From contig DATGIN010000003.1 of NCBI GenBank assembly GCA_035295705.1, forward strand, positions 3,476 to 67,475: a stretch of DNA of 64,000 bases, in the 5' to 3' direction. Positions 31,618 through 40,692 of the stretch are shown here, piece after piece (positions within the stretch are counted from its first letter, which is position 1; each line of letters begins with the position of its first letter). The notes beneath the pieces are model-generated. The model was not told the DNA's origin and did no database searches. It worked only from the letters and a program-made list of their open reading frames with translations. The translations under genes were made by a program, and so were the position numbers. This DNA comes from Caulobacteraceae bacterium (GTDB lineage Bacteria; Pseudomonadota; Alphaproteobacteria; Caulobacterales; Caulobacteraceae).

Positions 31618-34368
31618 TCAATCGGCTTGGCCGTCGTCGCCGTCTTCGGAATCGTCGGGTTCCCCCTCGCCTTCCAGCCGCTCAACGCCCACGACGTGCT
31701 CGTCGTCCGCGGTGCGGAAGATGGTCACGCCCGATGTGTTGCGTCCCGCGATGCGAATGCCCTCGACCGGCACGCGGATGAGCTGACCCTGATCGGTCAC
31801 CAGCAAGATCTCGTCGGAGTCCTCGACGGGGAAGGAGGCGACCAGGCGGCCGCCTTTCTTGGACAGGTCGTGCGCGATGAGGCCCTGCCCGCCGCGGCCG
31901 GTGCGCCGATATTCATAGGCCGACGTACGCTTGCCGAAGCCTTCGCTGGACACCGTCAGGATGTATTCCTCGGCAGCCTGCAGTTCGGCGATGCGCTCGA
32001 TCGTGAGGCTCACCTCGCCGTTCTCGCCGGTCTCGTCATCGTCGGCGGCGTTGGTCTCCTCCTCTGCCCCCTGCGCGGCGCGCATGGCGCTCGCGTGCCT
32101 GAGGTAGGCCGAGCGTTCGGCCGGCGTTGCATCGACCCCGTGCAGGATGGCCATCGAGATCACCTGGTCGCCGGCCGCGAGCCTGACGCCGCGCACGCCG
32201 GTCGACTCGCGGCCGGCGAAGACGCGGACCTCGTCGGCCGGGAATCGGATGCAGCGGGCGAGCGCCGTCGTCAGCAGGACGTCATTGGCCGTCGTGCATA
32301 GTCCCACGCCGATGATGGCGTCGCCTTCGTCCAGCTTCATGGCGATCTTGCCGCCACGATGGACCTGCACGAAGTCGGCCAGCTTGTTGCGGCGGACGCC
32401 GCCCGTTCGGGTCGCGAACATCACGTCCAGCCGCGCCCAACTCACCTCGTCTTCGGGCAACGGCAGGATGGAGGTGATCGTCTCGCCTGGCTCGATCGGC
32501 AGGAGATTGATGAAGGCTTTGCCGCGTGACGCCGGTTGACCCAGCGGCAGCCGCCAGACCTTCAGCTTGTAGACCTTGCCCCCGGACGAGAAGAACAGCA
32601 CCGACGCATGGGTCGAAGCCGAAAAGACGCGGGTGACGGCGTCTTCCTCCTTCGTCGCCATGCCGGCGCGGCCCTTGCCGCCGCGACGCTGGGTCCGATA
32701 GGTCGCGAGCGGCGTGCGCTTGACGTAGCCGCCATGGGTCACCGTGATGACCATGTCCTCGCGCTCGATAAGGTCTTCATCCTCGAGGTCGGCTTCGCCC
32801 TCGACGATCATGGTCTGCCGCGGGACCGCGAAGTCCTCACGCACCTCGACAAGCTCGCTTCGGACGATCGCCAGGATGCGCTCGCGGGACGAGAGAATTT
32901 CGAGCTTTTCACGGATCTCGGCGGCCAGGGCCTCGGCCTCGGCGAAGATCTCATCGCGGCCCAGGCCCGTCAGCCGCGACAGCGTGAGCGCCAGGATCGC
33001 GCGCGCCTGCTCCTCGGTCAGCTGAATGCGGCCGCCTTCGACGAGCAACGTGCGCGGGTCGGCGATCAGGTCGATCAACGCCGCCATGTCGCCGATCGGC
33101 CAGGCCCGCCCGACCAGCCGCTCGCGCGCCTCGGCGGGGTCCTTCGCCTGTCGGATGATGCGGATGGCTTCGTCGATGTTCGCGACCGCGATTGCGAGGC
33201 CGACCAGGACGTGGCCGCGGTCGCGGGCCTTGGCGAGCTCGAACTTGGTCCGCCGGACGACGACATCTTCGCGGAAGTTCACGAAGTGCGCGAGCATGTC
33301 GCGCAGGCTCATCTGCTCCGGGCGGCCGTGGTTGAGGGCCAGCATGTTGGCCGGAAACGAGCTCTGCAGCGTCGTGAAACGGTAGAGCTGGTTCAGCACC
33401 ACCTCGGGCGAGGCGTCGCGCTTGATCTCGACGACGACGCGCAAGCCCTGGCGATCGCTTTCGTCGCGCAGGTCCGAGACGCCCTCGATGCGCTTTTCGC
33501 GCACCAGCTCGGCGATACGCTCGACCATCGCGGCCTTGTTCACCTGGAACGGGATCGAGGTGATGACGATCGCCTCACGGTCCTTGCGGATCTCTTCGAT
33601 CGTGGCCACGCCGCGCATGATCACCGACCCGCGGCCGGTCAGCAGCGCCTGGCGCGCGCCTGAACGGCCGACGATCTCGCCGCCGGTCGGGAAGTCGGGA
33701 CCTGGGACGATGTCGAGCAGCGCTTCGGCGCTGATGTCGGGATCGTCGATCATCGCCAGGCACGCGTCGACGATCTCGCCGAGGTTGTGGGGCGGCACGT
33801 TGGTGGCCATGCCGACGGCGATGCCGCCGGAGCCGTTCACGAGCAGGTTCGGAACCCGCGAAGGCAGAACCACCGGCTCGCGCGCACGGCCGTCATAGTT
33901 GTCCTGGAAGTCGACCGTGTCGGCGTCGATGTCGGCCAGCAAGGCCATCGCCGCCTTGGTCAGCCGACATTCGGTGTAGCGCATCTGCGCCGGCGGGTCG
34001 TTGTCGATCGAGCCGAAGTTGCCCTGGCCATCGACCAGCAACAGGTTCTCCGAGAACGGCTGCGCCATCCGCACCAGCGCGTCGTAGATGGAGGCGTCGC
34101 CGTGCGGGTGATAATTGGCCATCACGTTGCCGACGACGTTGGCGCACTTCACGTATCCGCGGTCGGGCGTATGCCCCTGCTCGTTCATCGAATGCAGGAT
34201 GCGCCGCTGCACGGGTTTGAGCCCGTCGCGCACGTCCGGAAGCGCGCGCGCGACGATCACGCTCATCGCGTAGTCGAGGTACGAGCGCTTGAGCTCGTCC
34301 TCCAGCGCGATCGGCGCGACCGCGCCTCGCCGGCCGTCGTCCGGCGGTCTGGTTTCGTCGTCGCTCAA
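31618..34368 (-). CDS. gyrA: DNA gyrase subunit A
   Basis: [20 protein letters not shown] catalytic Tyr, GyrA-box QRRGGKG, C-terminal pinwheel repeats. Confidence 0.97.
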   Translation of the reverse strand: MSDDETRPPDDGRRGAVAPIALEDELKRSYLDYAMSVIVARALPDVRDGLKPVQRRILHSMNEQGHTPDRGYVKCANVVGNVMANYHPHGDASIYDALVRMAQPFSENLLLVDGQGNFGSIDNDPPAQMRYTECRLTKAAMALLADIDADTVDFQDNYDGRAREPVVLPSRVPNLLVNGSGGIAVGMATNVPPHNLGEIVDACLAMIDDPDISAEALLDIVPGPDFPTGGEIVGRSGARQALLTGRGSVIMRGVATIEEIRKDREAIVITSIPFQVNKAAMVERIAELVREKRIEGVSDLRDESDRQGLRVVVEIKRDASPEVVLNQLYRFTTLQSSFPANMLALNHGRPEQMSLRDMLAHFVNFREDVVVRRTKFELAKARDRGHVLVGLAIAVANIDEAIRIIRQAKDPAEARERLVGRAWPIGDMAALIDLIADPRTLLVEGGRIQLTEEQARAILALTLSRLTGLGRDEIFAEAEALAAEIREKLEILSSRERILAIVRSELVEVREDFAVPRQTMIVEGEADLEDEDLIEREDMVITVTHGGYVKRTPLATYRTQRRGGKGRAGMATKEEDAVTRVFSASTHASVLFFSSGGKVYKLKVWRLPLGQPASRGKAFINLLPIEPGETITSILPLPEDEVSWARLDVMFATRTGGVRRNKLADFVQVHRGGKIAMKLDEGDAIIGVGLCTTANDVLLTTALARCIRFPADEVRVFAGRESTGVRGVRLAAGDQVISMAILHGVDATPAERSAYLRHASAMRAAQGAEEETNAADDDETGENGEVSLTIERIAELQAAEEYILTVSSEGFGKRTSAYEYRRTGRGGQGLIAHDLSKKGGRLVASFPVEDSDEILLVTDQGQLIRVPVEGIRIAGRNTSGVTIFRTADDEHVVGVERLEGEGEPDDSEDGDDGQAD

Positions 34369-34629
34369 CGGATTTTCAAGCGCGAGAATCGGGCGCGAAA
34401 GTCATGAAACGGTTTAGCATCTTGCAGTGCAGCAAGGCAAAGATTCTCGGGTGGCTGAAGGGCCCCGAACTGCGCCCCAGGCGCGCGCGCCTTACAGGTT
34501 CGTAATGTTGTACGAGGCGGGCGGCGTGTAAGCTCCGTCCCGCCGATGCGGGGCGCATGGGGGGACATGTTCGAGCGATCGCCGCTGGCGCGCGCCAGCC
34601 CCCATGGACGGGCTTCCTGACGTGGCTGC

Positions 34630-35898
34630 ATGAGCAACGAGACGCTGCTGAACCAGCTGCGCATCGACCGCGATGCCCCGAAAAAACGTCCCCAGCGACG
34701 ACGCCGACGGCCGTGGGCGCTGATCATCGGCGCCGCCGCGGCGGCGCTGGCGGTGATCGGGGCTCTGGTTTGGTACCTGGTCGCCCAGCCAGACCGCACG
34801 GCGGTGCGGGCGGCCACGGCCGCCGCGGTGTCATCGGCCGGGGCGCCGCAGGGAGCGCCGCTGCTGGATGCTTCCGGCTACGTCGTCGCGCAGCGCGAGG
34901 CCACGGTCTCGGCGAAGATCCCGGGCAAGGTGCTGGCGGTGTTGATCCAGGAAGGACAGCGGGTCGCCGCCGGCCAGGTGATCGCGCGACTGGACGACTC
35001 GAACGCGCGCGCCGCCGAAGCGCAGGCCGCCGCTCAGGTCGCACAGGCCGAGGCCAATGTTCGGCTGGCGCAGGCCGCGTTAGCCAACGCGCAGGTGAAA
35101 TTCGACCGCTACGGGGGCCTAAAGGGCAAGGGCGTGGTGGCCGACCAGGCCATCGACGACGCCCGAACGACGCTCGACAACGCCCGCGCCGATCTTGGCG
35201 TGCAACGCAGCGCCGTCGCTGTGGCGAGCGCGGGGCTGAACGTTGCGCGCCGCAACCTCGACGACACCATCGTCCGCGCGCCCTTCGCCGGCGTTGTGAC
35301 CGCGACCGCCGCCCAGCCTGGCGAGATCGTCGCGCCGGTCGCTGGCGGCGGATTCACCCGCACCGGAATCTGCACGATCGTCGACATGGACTCGCTCGAG
35401 GTCGACGTCGATGTCGCCGAAAGCTTCATCAACCGCGTGCGTCAGGGCATGCCGGCGGTGGTTCGCCTGAACGCCTATCCGGACTGGGCGATTCCGGCCG
35501 AGTTGCTGGCGGTGATCCCGACCGCGGACCGCTCCAAGGCGACCGTCGCCGTTCGCGTGGCGTTGAAGGTGAAGGACCCGCGCATCGTGCCGGAGATGGG
35601 CGCGCGCGTGACCTTTCTCAGCCCAGCGCCGGCTGGCGCGCCGGCCGGCGGCCCGGAGGGCGGGGTGAGCGTTCCCGACGAGGCGGTGAAGACGGGCGAC
35701 GACGGCCAGTCGGTGGTGTTCGTGATCGGCGATGGGCGACGGGTGGAGCGTCGCGCCGTGCGCCTCGGCCCGCACGAGGGCGCCAATCAGATCGTGATCG
35801 CGGGCCTGCGCCCCGGCGAGACCGTCGCGATCAGCGACAAGACGCTGAACGACGGCGACAAAGTGCGTGTGATCAAGGGCGACGCCCAAGGCGACTAG
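34630..35898 (+). CDS. Periplasmic membrane-fusion (adaptor) protein of an ABC exporter
   Basis: N-terminal TM, ASGYVVA, lipoyl/barrel-sandwich half motifs, coiled coil, IVRAPFAGVV. Confidence 0.9.
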   Translation: MSNETLLNQLRIDRDAPKKRPQRRRRRPWALIIGAAAAALAVIGALVWYLVAQPDRTAVRAATAAAVSSAGAPQGAPLLDASGYVVAQREATVSAKIPGKVLAVLIQEGQRVAAGQVIARLDDSNARAAEAQAAAQVAQAEANVRLAQAALANAQVKFDRYGGLKGKGVVADQAIDDARTTLDNARADLGVQRSAVAVASAGLNVARRNLDDTIVRAPFAGVVTATAAQPGEIVAPVAGGGFTRTGICTIVDMDSLEVDVDVAESFINRVRQGMPAVVRLNAYPDWAIPAELLAVIPTADRSKATVAVRVALKVKDPRIVPEMGARVTFLSPAPAGAPAGGPEGGVSVPDEAVKTGDDGQSVVFVIGDGRRVERRAVRLGPHEGANQIVIAGLRPGETVAISDKTLNDGDKVRVIKGDAQGD

Positions 35899-35915
35899 GA
35901 CGGAAGGAGGGCGGC

Positions 35916-36614
35916 ATGGCCCCGGTGGTCAGCCTAAGACACGTGATCAAGCGCTACCGGCGCGGCCGGCAGGCGATCGAAGTGTTGCACAACCTCGATC
36001 TCGAGGTGGAAGCCGGCGAGTTCCTGGCGCTGATGGGCCCGTCTGGGTCCGGCAAGACCACGCTGCTGAACCTCATCGGCGGCCTCGACCGCGCGACCGA
36101 GGGCGAGGTGATCGTCGCCGGCGAAAACCTCGACAACCTCACCGGCAGCGAGCTCGCGCACTGGCGCTCGCGTCACGTCGGCTTCGTATTCCAGTTCTAC
36201 AACCTGATGCCGACTCTCTCAGCCGAGCGGAACGTCGAGCTGCCGCTGCTGCTCACATCGCTCTCCAACGCCGACCGCAAGAGGAGCGTCGCCGCCGCGC
36301 TCGAGCTTGTCGGCCTGACCGACTGGCGCAAACACCGCCCGAACGAGCTCTCGGGCGGCCAGCAGCAGCGCGTCGCGATCGCCCGCGCCATCGTCGCCGA
36401 CCCGACGCTCCTGGTATGCGACGAGCCGACAGGGGATCTCGATCGCGAGACCGCCGAAGACGTGCTGGGTCTGGTGCAACAGCTGAACCGGGGCCACGGC
36501 AAGACGGTGGTCATGGTTACGCACGACCCCAAGGCCGCCTCCTTCGCCTCGCGCATCGTCAATCTCGACAAGGGCGCGCTGGTTCCGGCCTCGCTCGCCG
36601 ACGCCGCCGTATGA
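35916..36614 (+). CDS. ABC transporter ATP-binding protein (LolD/MacB-type)
   Basis: Walker A GPSGSGKT, signature LSGGQQ, Walker [16 protein letters not shown]. Confidence 0.95.
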   Translation: MAPVVSLRHVIKRYRRGRQAIEVLHNLDLEVEAGEFLALMGPSGSGKTTLLNLIGGLDRATEGEVIVAGENLDNLTGSELAHWRSRHVGFVFQFYNLMPTLSAERNVELPLLLTSLSNADRKRSVAAALELVGLTDWRKHRPNELSGGQQQRVAIARAIVADPTLLVCDEPTGDLDRETAEDVLGLVQQLNRGHGKTVVMVTHDPKAASFASRIVNLDKGALVPASLADAAV

Positions 36615-37756
36615 AATTCTTACCACTCGTCTGGGCCGGGATCTGGCGAAAGCCGGGGCGCGCCATCCTGACCCTTTTGTCGGTCGCCAACGCCTTCCTG
36701 CTGTTCGGCATCCTGCAAGGGTTCGCGAGCGGGCTGAATCACGCCGTCGCGCAGACGCACGCGGACGTGCTTTTGACGTTCAGCCGCGTCAGCCAGGTCG
36801 AGCCGCTGCCGTTGTCCCTCGTCGACCAGATCCGCACCGTTCCGGGGGTGCGGGCCGCAACACCAATGGCGCCGCTGATCTCCACCTATCGCACGCCGAC
36901 GCAATTCGTGCCCGCCGAGGGTATCGATCCAAAGCAGATCCTCGCAGTCGATCCCGGGCTCGTCATCTCGCCCGGCATGATCGCCGCGCTGGCCAACGAC
37001 CGCACCGGAGCGCTCGTCAGCCGCACGATCGCGCTTCGCTACGGGTGGAAGGTGGGGGACCGCATTCCGCTGAAGGCTCTGCAGGTCGCCAACCGAGACG
37101 GCTCCCAGACCTGGCCGATCGACATCGTGGGCATCTTTTCGTCCAAAGGCGGGACGCTGTTCGCCAACAGCGTCCTGTTGAACCTGGACTATATCGATCA
37201 AGGCCGCGCAACCGGCGGCGGAACGGCGAACGTCTTCTTCGTCCGCGTGAACGACCCCAACCGCGCGAACCAGGTCTCGGCCGCCATCGATCGGCTGTTC
37301 GCAAACTCGGTGAACGAGACGAAGACCGCGACGGTGCGCCAGATCGCTCAGGACCAGATCAAGCAGTTGGGCGACATCGGCCTCATCATCAACGCCATCG
37401 TCGGCGCCGTCTTCTTCGCGCTGCTGTTTTCGGTTGGCGCCATCATGATGCAGTCGGTGCGCGAACGGACGCCTGAGCTCGCGGTGCTGAAGACCCTGGG
37501 TTTCACCGATCGCGGCGTGCTTGGCCTGATCCTTTCCGAGGCGCTCGCCTTCTGTTTGGTGTCGGCTGCAGTCGGGCTCGCCCTGGCCTCGCTGCTGTTC
37601 CCGGTCGCGCGGCGCCTGATCGGCTTCCAGGTCCAGGCGGGCCCGCTGATGCTGGCCGGGTTTGCGCTTGCGATCGGCCTGGCGCTCGTAACCGGGCTGC
37701 CGCCGGCCGTCCGCGCCATGCGGCTGCAGGTCGTCGACGCCTTGGCCGGGCGGTGA
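36611..37756 (+). CDS. ABC transporter permease (MacB/FtsX family)
   Basis: TM1, periplasmic domain, three TMs with [14 protein letters not shown]. Confidence 0.9.
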   Translation: MKFLPLVWAGIWRKPGRAILTLLSVANAFLLFGILQGFASGLNHAVAQTHADVLLTFSRVSQVEPLPLSLVDQIRTVPGVRAATPMAPLISTYRTPTQFVPAEGIDPKQILAVDPGLVISPGMIAALANDRTGALVSRTIALRYGWKVGDRIPLKALQVANRDGSQTWPIDIVGIFSSKGGTLFANSVLLNLDYIDQGRATGGGTANVFFVRVNDPNRANQVSAAIDRLFANSVNETKTATVRQIAQDQIKQLGDIGLIINAIVGAVFFALLFSVGAIMMQSVRERTPELAVLKTLGFTDRGVLGLILSEALAFCLVSAAVGLALASLLFPVARRLIGFQVQAGPLMLAGFALAIGLALVTGLPPAVRAMRLQVVDALAGR

Positions 37757-37760
37757 GGCG

Positions 37761-38930
37761 ATGAACGCTATTCAGCAGGTCTGGGCGGTCACGGCGATGA
37801 ACGTGCGGGCCATCCCGCAGCGTGCGGGCGCCTCGCTGGTGACCGTCGTCGGCGTAGCCACGGTCGTGGCGGTTATGGTCTCGCTTCTGTCGATCGCCGC
37901 CGGGCTGATGCGGATGGTGGACAAGAACGTGCGTCCGCAGGACGCGATCGTGCTCTCGTCCGGCGCTCCGGCCATCTACCTCGGCTCGATTTCGCGCGCC
38001 GCCGCGGCGATCATCGCCGACGCCCCCGGCATCAAACGCGACCCGGGTGGAAAGCCGATGGTGCAGCCCACCGCGATCGTCATCGTCGAGGTGGCGAAGA
38101 AGCACGACGGCGGCAGCGTCAACATCGCGTTCACCGGCTCCGGCCCCGAGGGCGAGCTGATGCAGCCGAACGCACGCCTGATCGCCGGCCGGCGCTTTCG
38201 CCCGGCGGTGCACGAGCTGATCGCCGGCCGGGTCGCGAGCGCTCAATACGAGCACCTTGGCCTGGGCGACCACATCACGTTGAAAGGCACCGACTGGACG
38301 GTCGTCGGCGTGTTCGCTGACAACGGCGGCACCGACGAGAACGCCCTGGTCGGCGATGCCGACACTGTGATGACCGCGTTCGACCGTCCGGCCTACCAGA
38401 GCGTCGGCGTGCGGTTGACCTCGGCCTCGATGTTCGAGCGCTTCAAGGACGCACTCACCTCGAACCCGCAGCTGTCGGTCGATGTGAAGCGGACCAGCGA
38501 CTACGCGCGCGACCAGCTGAAGCCGATTACGGGCGTCCTGAATTTTGTCGGCTATTTCGTCGGGGTCGTGATGGCCATCGGCGCAATCTTCGGGGCCATC
38601 AACACGATGTACTCGGCCGTCGACGCCAGGGCGCGCGAAATCGCAACGCTGCGCGCCATCGGGTTCGGCGGAACGGCGGTCGTCGTCTCGGTGCTGGTCG
38701 AATCGCTTCTACTCGCCGTGCCCGGAGCGATTCTGGGCGTCCTGGCGGCCTGGATCCTCTTCAATGGCCGCGCGATCTCGGCGCTCGGCCTCAGCTTTCC
38801 GCTGGCGGTGACGCCGCAGCTCTTCGGGCTGGCCATCGTGTGGGCGCTGGCGATCGGAGTCCTGGGCGGGCTCGCGCCCGCGGTGCGGGCCGCGCGGCTG
38901 CCGGTCGCTTCTGCGCTGCGGGCGACCTAG
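37761..38930 (+). CDS. ABC transporter permease (MacB/FtsX family), second copy
   Basis: Same topology, [13 protein letters not shown] motif. Confidence 0.9.
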   Translation: MNAIQQVWAVTAMNVRAIPQRAGASLVTVVGVATVVAVMVSLLSIAAGLMRMVDKNVRPQDAIVLSSGAPAIYLGSISRAAAAIIADAPGIKRDPGGKPMVQPTAIVIVEVAKKHDGGSVNIAFTGSGPEGELMQPNARLIAGRRFRPAVHELIAGRVASAQYEHLGLGDHITLKGTDWTVVGVFADNGGTDENALVGDADTVMTAFDRPAYQSVGVRLTSASMFERFKDALTSNPQLSVDVKRTSDYARDQLKPITGVLNFVGYFVGVVMAIGAIFGAINTMYSAVDARAREIATLRAIGFGGTAVVVSVLVESLLLAVPGAILGVLAAWILFNGRAISALGLSFPLAVTPQLFGLAIVWALAIGVLGGLAPAVRAARLPVASALRAT

Positions 38931-39406
38931 AAGGGAATCTCGTCGTCGAGGTCGGCCGAGAAGCTCTCGGCCGCTCCTTGCGGTTCGAGGCGACGTCCGC
39001 TGGGCTGCTGGTAGGAGCCGCTGTAGGCGCCGCCCTCCTCGCGCTCGACGTCGCCCCGCCCGTCGAGCATCGTCAGCTCGCCACGGAACTTCTGCAGCAC
39101 GACCTCGGTCGAGAACTTCTCTACGCCCGCGTTGTCGGTCCATTTCCGTGTTTGCAGAGTGCCTTCGACGTAAATCTTCGAGCCCTTTTTCAGGTAATTC
39201 TCCGCCACCTTCACGATGTTGTCGTTGAAGACGACGACGCGGTGCCACTCCGTCTTCTCGCGCCGCTCGCCGGTCTGCCGGTCGCGCCAGGTCTCCGACG
39301 TCGCCAGCCGCAAGTTCGCCACTCGATCACCGGAGTTGAGCGTCCGAATCTCCGGGTCCGCGCCCAAATTGCCGATCAGGATCACCTTGTTGACGCTTCC
39401 CGCCAT
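38927..39406 (-). CDS. ssb: Single-stranded DNA-binding protein
   Basis: [24 protein letters not shown]-terminal DDEIPF. Confidence 0.97.
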   Translation of the reverse strand: MAGSVNKVILIGNLGADPEIRTLNSGDRVANLRLATSETWRDRQTGERREKTEWHRVVVFNDNIVKVAENYLKKGSKIYVEGTLQTRKWTDNAGVEKFSTEVVLQKFRGELTMLDGRGDVEREEGGAYSGSYQQPSGRRLEPQGAAESFSADLDDEIPF

Positions 39407-39472
39407 CTCATCCTCGCTTCCGTAGCTGGCCGTTCAATAAGGACCCTAGCGGAGGTTGCAGGGCCGCACAAT

Positions 39473-39487
39473 GTTCTTGTTCTGTTC
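39473..39487. promoter_or_regulatory. LexA (SOS) box upstream of ssb
   Basis: GTTC-TTGTTCT-GTTC, the alphaproteobacterial GTTC-N7-GTTC consensus. Confidence 0.8.
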
Positions 39488-39500
39488 CGGTCCCGCCCCG

Positions 39501-39890
39501 CTACTGTCCGGTCGAGAGGGCCGAAGCCGTCGCGAGCCGGCCGTCAGGCGTCAAGCCTAGAAAGAAGAACCGCGCACCGTTCAACGTCTGGCCCGTGAAA
39601 ACGCCGTTGTCGTTCAGGAACAGGAACGTGCCCTGATAAGCGCCGGTGATGTCGTGGTGGCTTCCGCCCATCGCGAGGAAGCGCAGGCGAACAGCTTCGA
39701 GCGACGCGGCGCAGCTCTCGAGCGTCGCATCGCCGCCGCTCACCTTGTTGAAAGCGACCTTCCCGTCCGCGCCGGTCACCGCCTGCCAGCAAACCCCAGG
39801 CGCGGTCGGCGCGGCCACTTCCGGCTGGCACCCGGCGAGCGCCGCCGCAGCGATCCCGGCGGCGGCCAGACGGAGCCGGAGCGTCATCAT
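39501..39890 (-). CDS. Hypothetical lipoprotein
   Basis: Lipobox LAGC, two further Cys, GC-biased codon usage. Confidence 0.7.
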   Translation of the reverse strand: MMTLRLRLAAAGIAAAALAGCQPEVAAPTAPGVCWQAVTGADGKVAFNKVSGGDATLESCAASLEAVRLRFLAMGGSHHDITGAYQGTFLFLNDNGVFTGQTLNGARFFFLGLTPDGRLATASALSTGQ

Positions 39891-39899
39891 CGGCGCCTC

Positions 39900-40598
39900 C
39901 TAGAAGTCGGCGATGGCACAGTCGGGCGGAGACTGTTGAGTGAGGTCTCGGAAGTTGTTGTTATCATTCGATATATCAACCTCCCCGGGGACCTGTTTCA
40001 GGGTCTGGCCCATCCAGCGGCCGTAGGCGATCGCGGCCCCTCGCGCGCAGTGCCCGGAGAACAATAGCTTGACGCAGCCGGAGAGCGACATGCCCGCGCC
40101 GGCCTCCCGCCACGCACCGGCAACGTAGCGCAGGCAGTCCCCGGTTCCGGCGCTTAGGTCAGTCGCGTCCGGCTGGGCACTCTGGGCCAACGCGGCGGCG
40201 GCGGGCAGCGGCGTGAGCGGCGTCGCCGATTGGCTTGCCTGGTTGGCCGCAGCGAGTTGCCCGGTCTGGTCGACGCCCACGTCCAGCGCCTCGGTCGCGA
40301 CGCCGTTGCGTCTCGCGCAATCGGCCAGCGTCTCCTCGCCAACCAGCTGGCCGTTCACGAAGCAACGCATCGGCTTCTGCGGGTCGAGCTTCGCCTGGTC
40401 GCCGGCTTGCGTCACGACGAGGCCGCCGGTGGAGGCCGGCGGCGGGGTCGTGGCCCTCGGCCCGTGCAACAGGATGAGAAGGCCGCCGGCGATGCCCAGC
40501 GCAGCGACAGCGACGCCGCCGCCGAGCGCTACCCAAAGCCTGCGGGCCGTCACCGCGTCCATCGGCTCTGAGCTATGCCGAGCGGCCGGATCATGCAA
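39900..40598 (-). CDS. Hypothetical single-pass membrane protein with Cys-rich periplasmic part
   Basis: One TM (VALGGGVAVAALGIAGGLLILL), six Cys; abuts the next gene. Confidence 0.65.
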   Translation of the reverse strand: MHDPAARHSSEPMDAVTARRLWVALGGGVAVAALGIAGGLLILLHGPRATTPPPASTGGLVVTQAGDQAKLDPQKPMRCFVNGQLVGEETLADCARRNGVATEALDVGVDQTGQLAAANQASQSATPLTPLPAAAALAQSAQPDATDLSAGTGDCLRYVAGAWREAGAGMSLSGCVKLLFSGHCARGAAIAYGRWMGQTLKQVPGEVDISNDNNNFRDLTQQSPPDCAIADF

Positions 40599-40692
40599 GC
40601 CGCGCCCGCGTCCCCGCTTTTGTCCGAAAAGTTAAGCAACTCGCAGTCATCTCAACAGAAAATGCGGATCGGAGGTCCGCGACGACGCGCTG

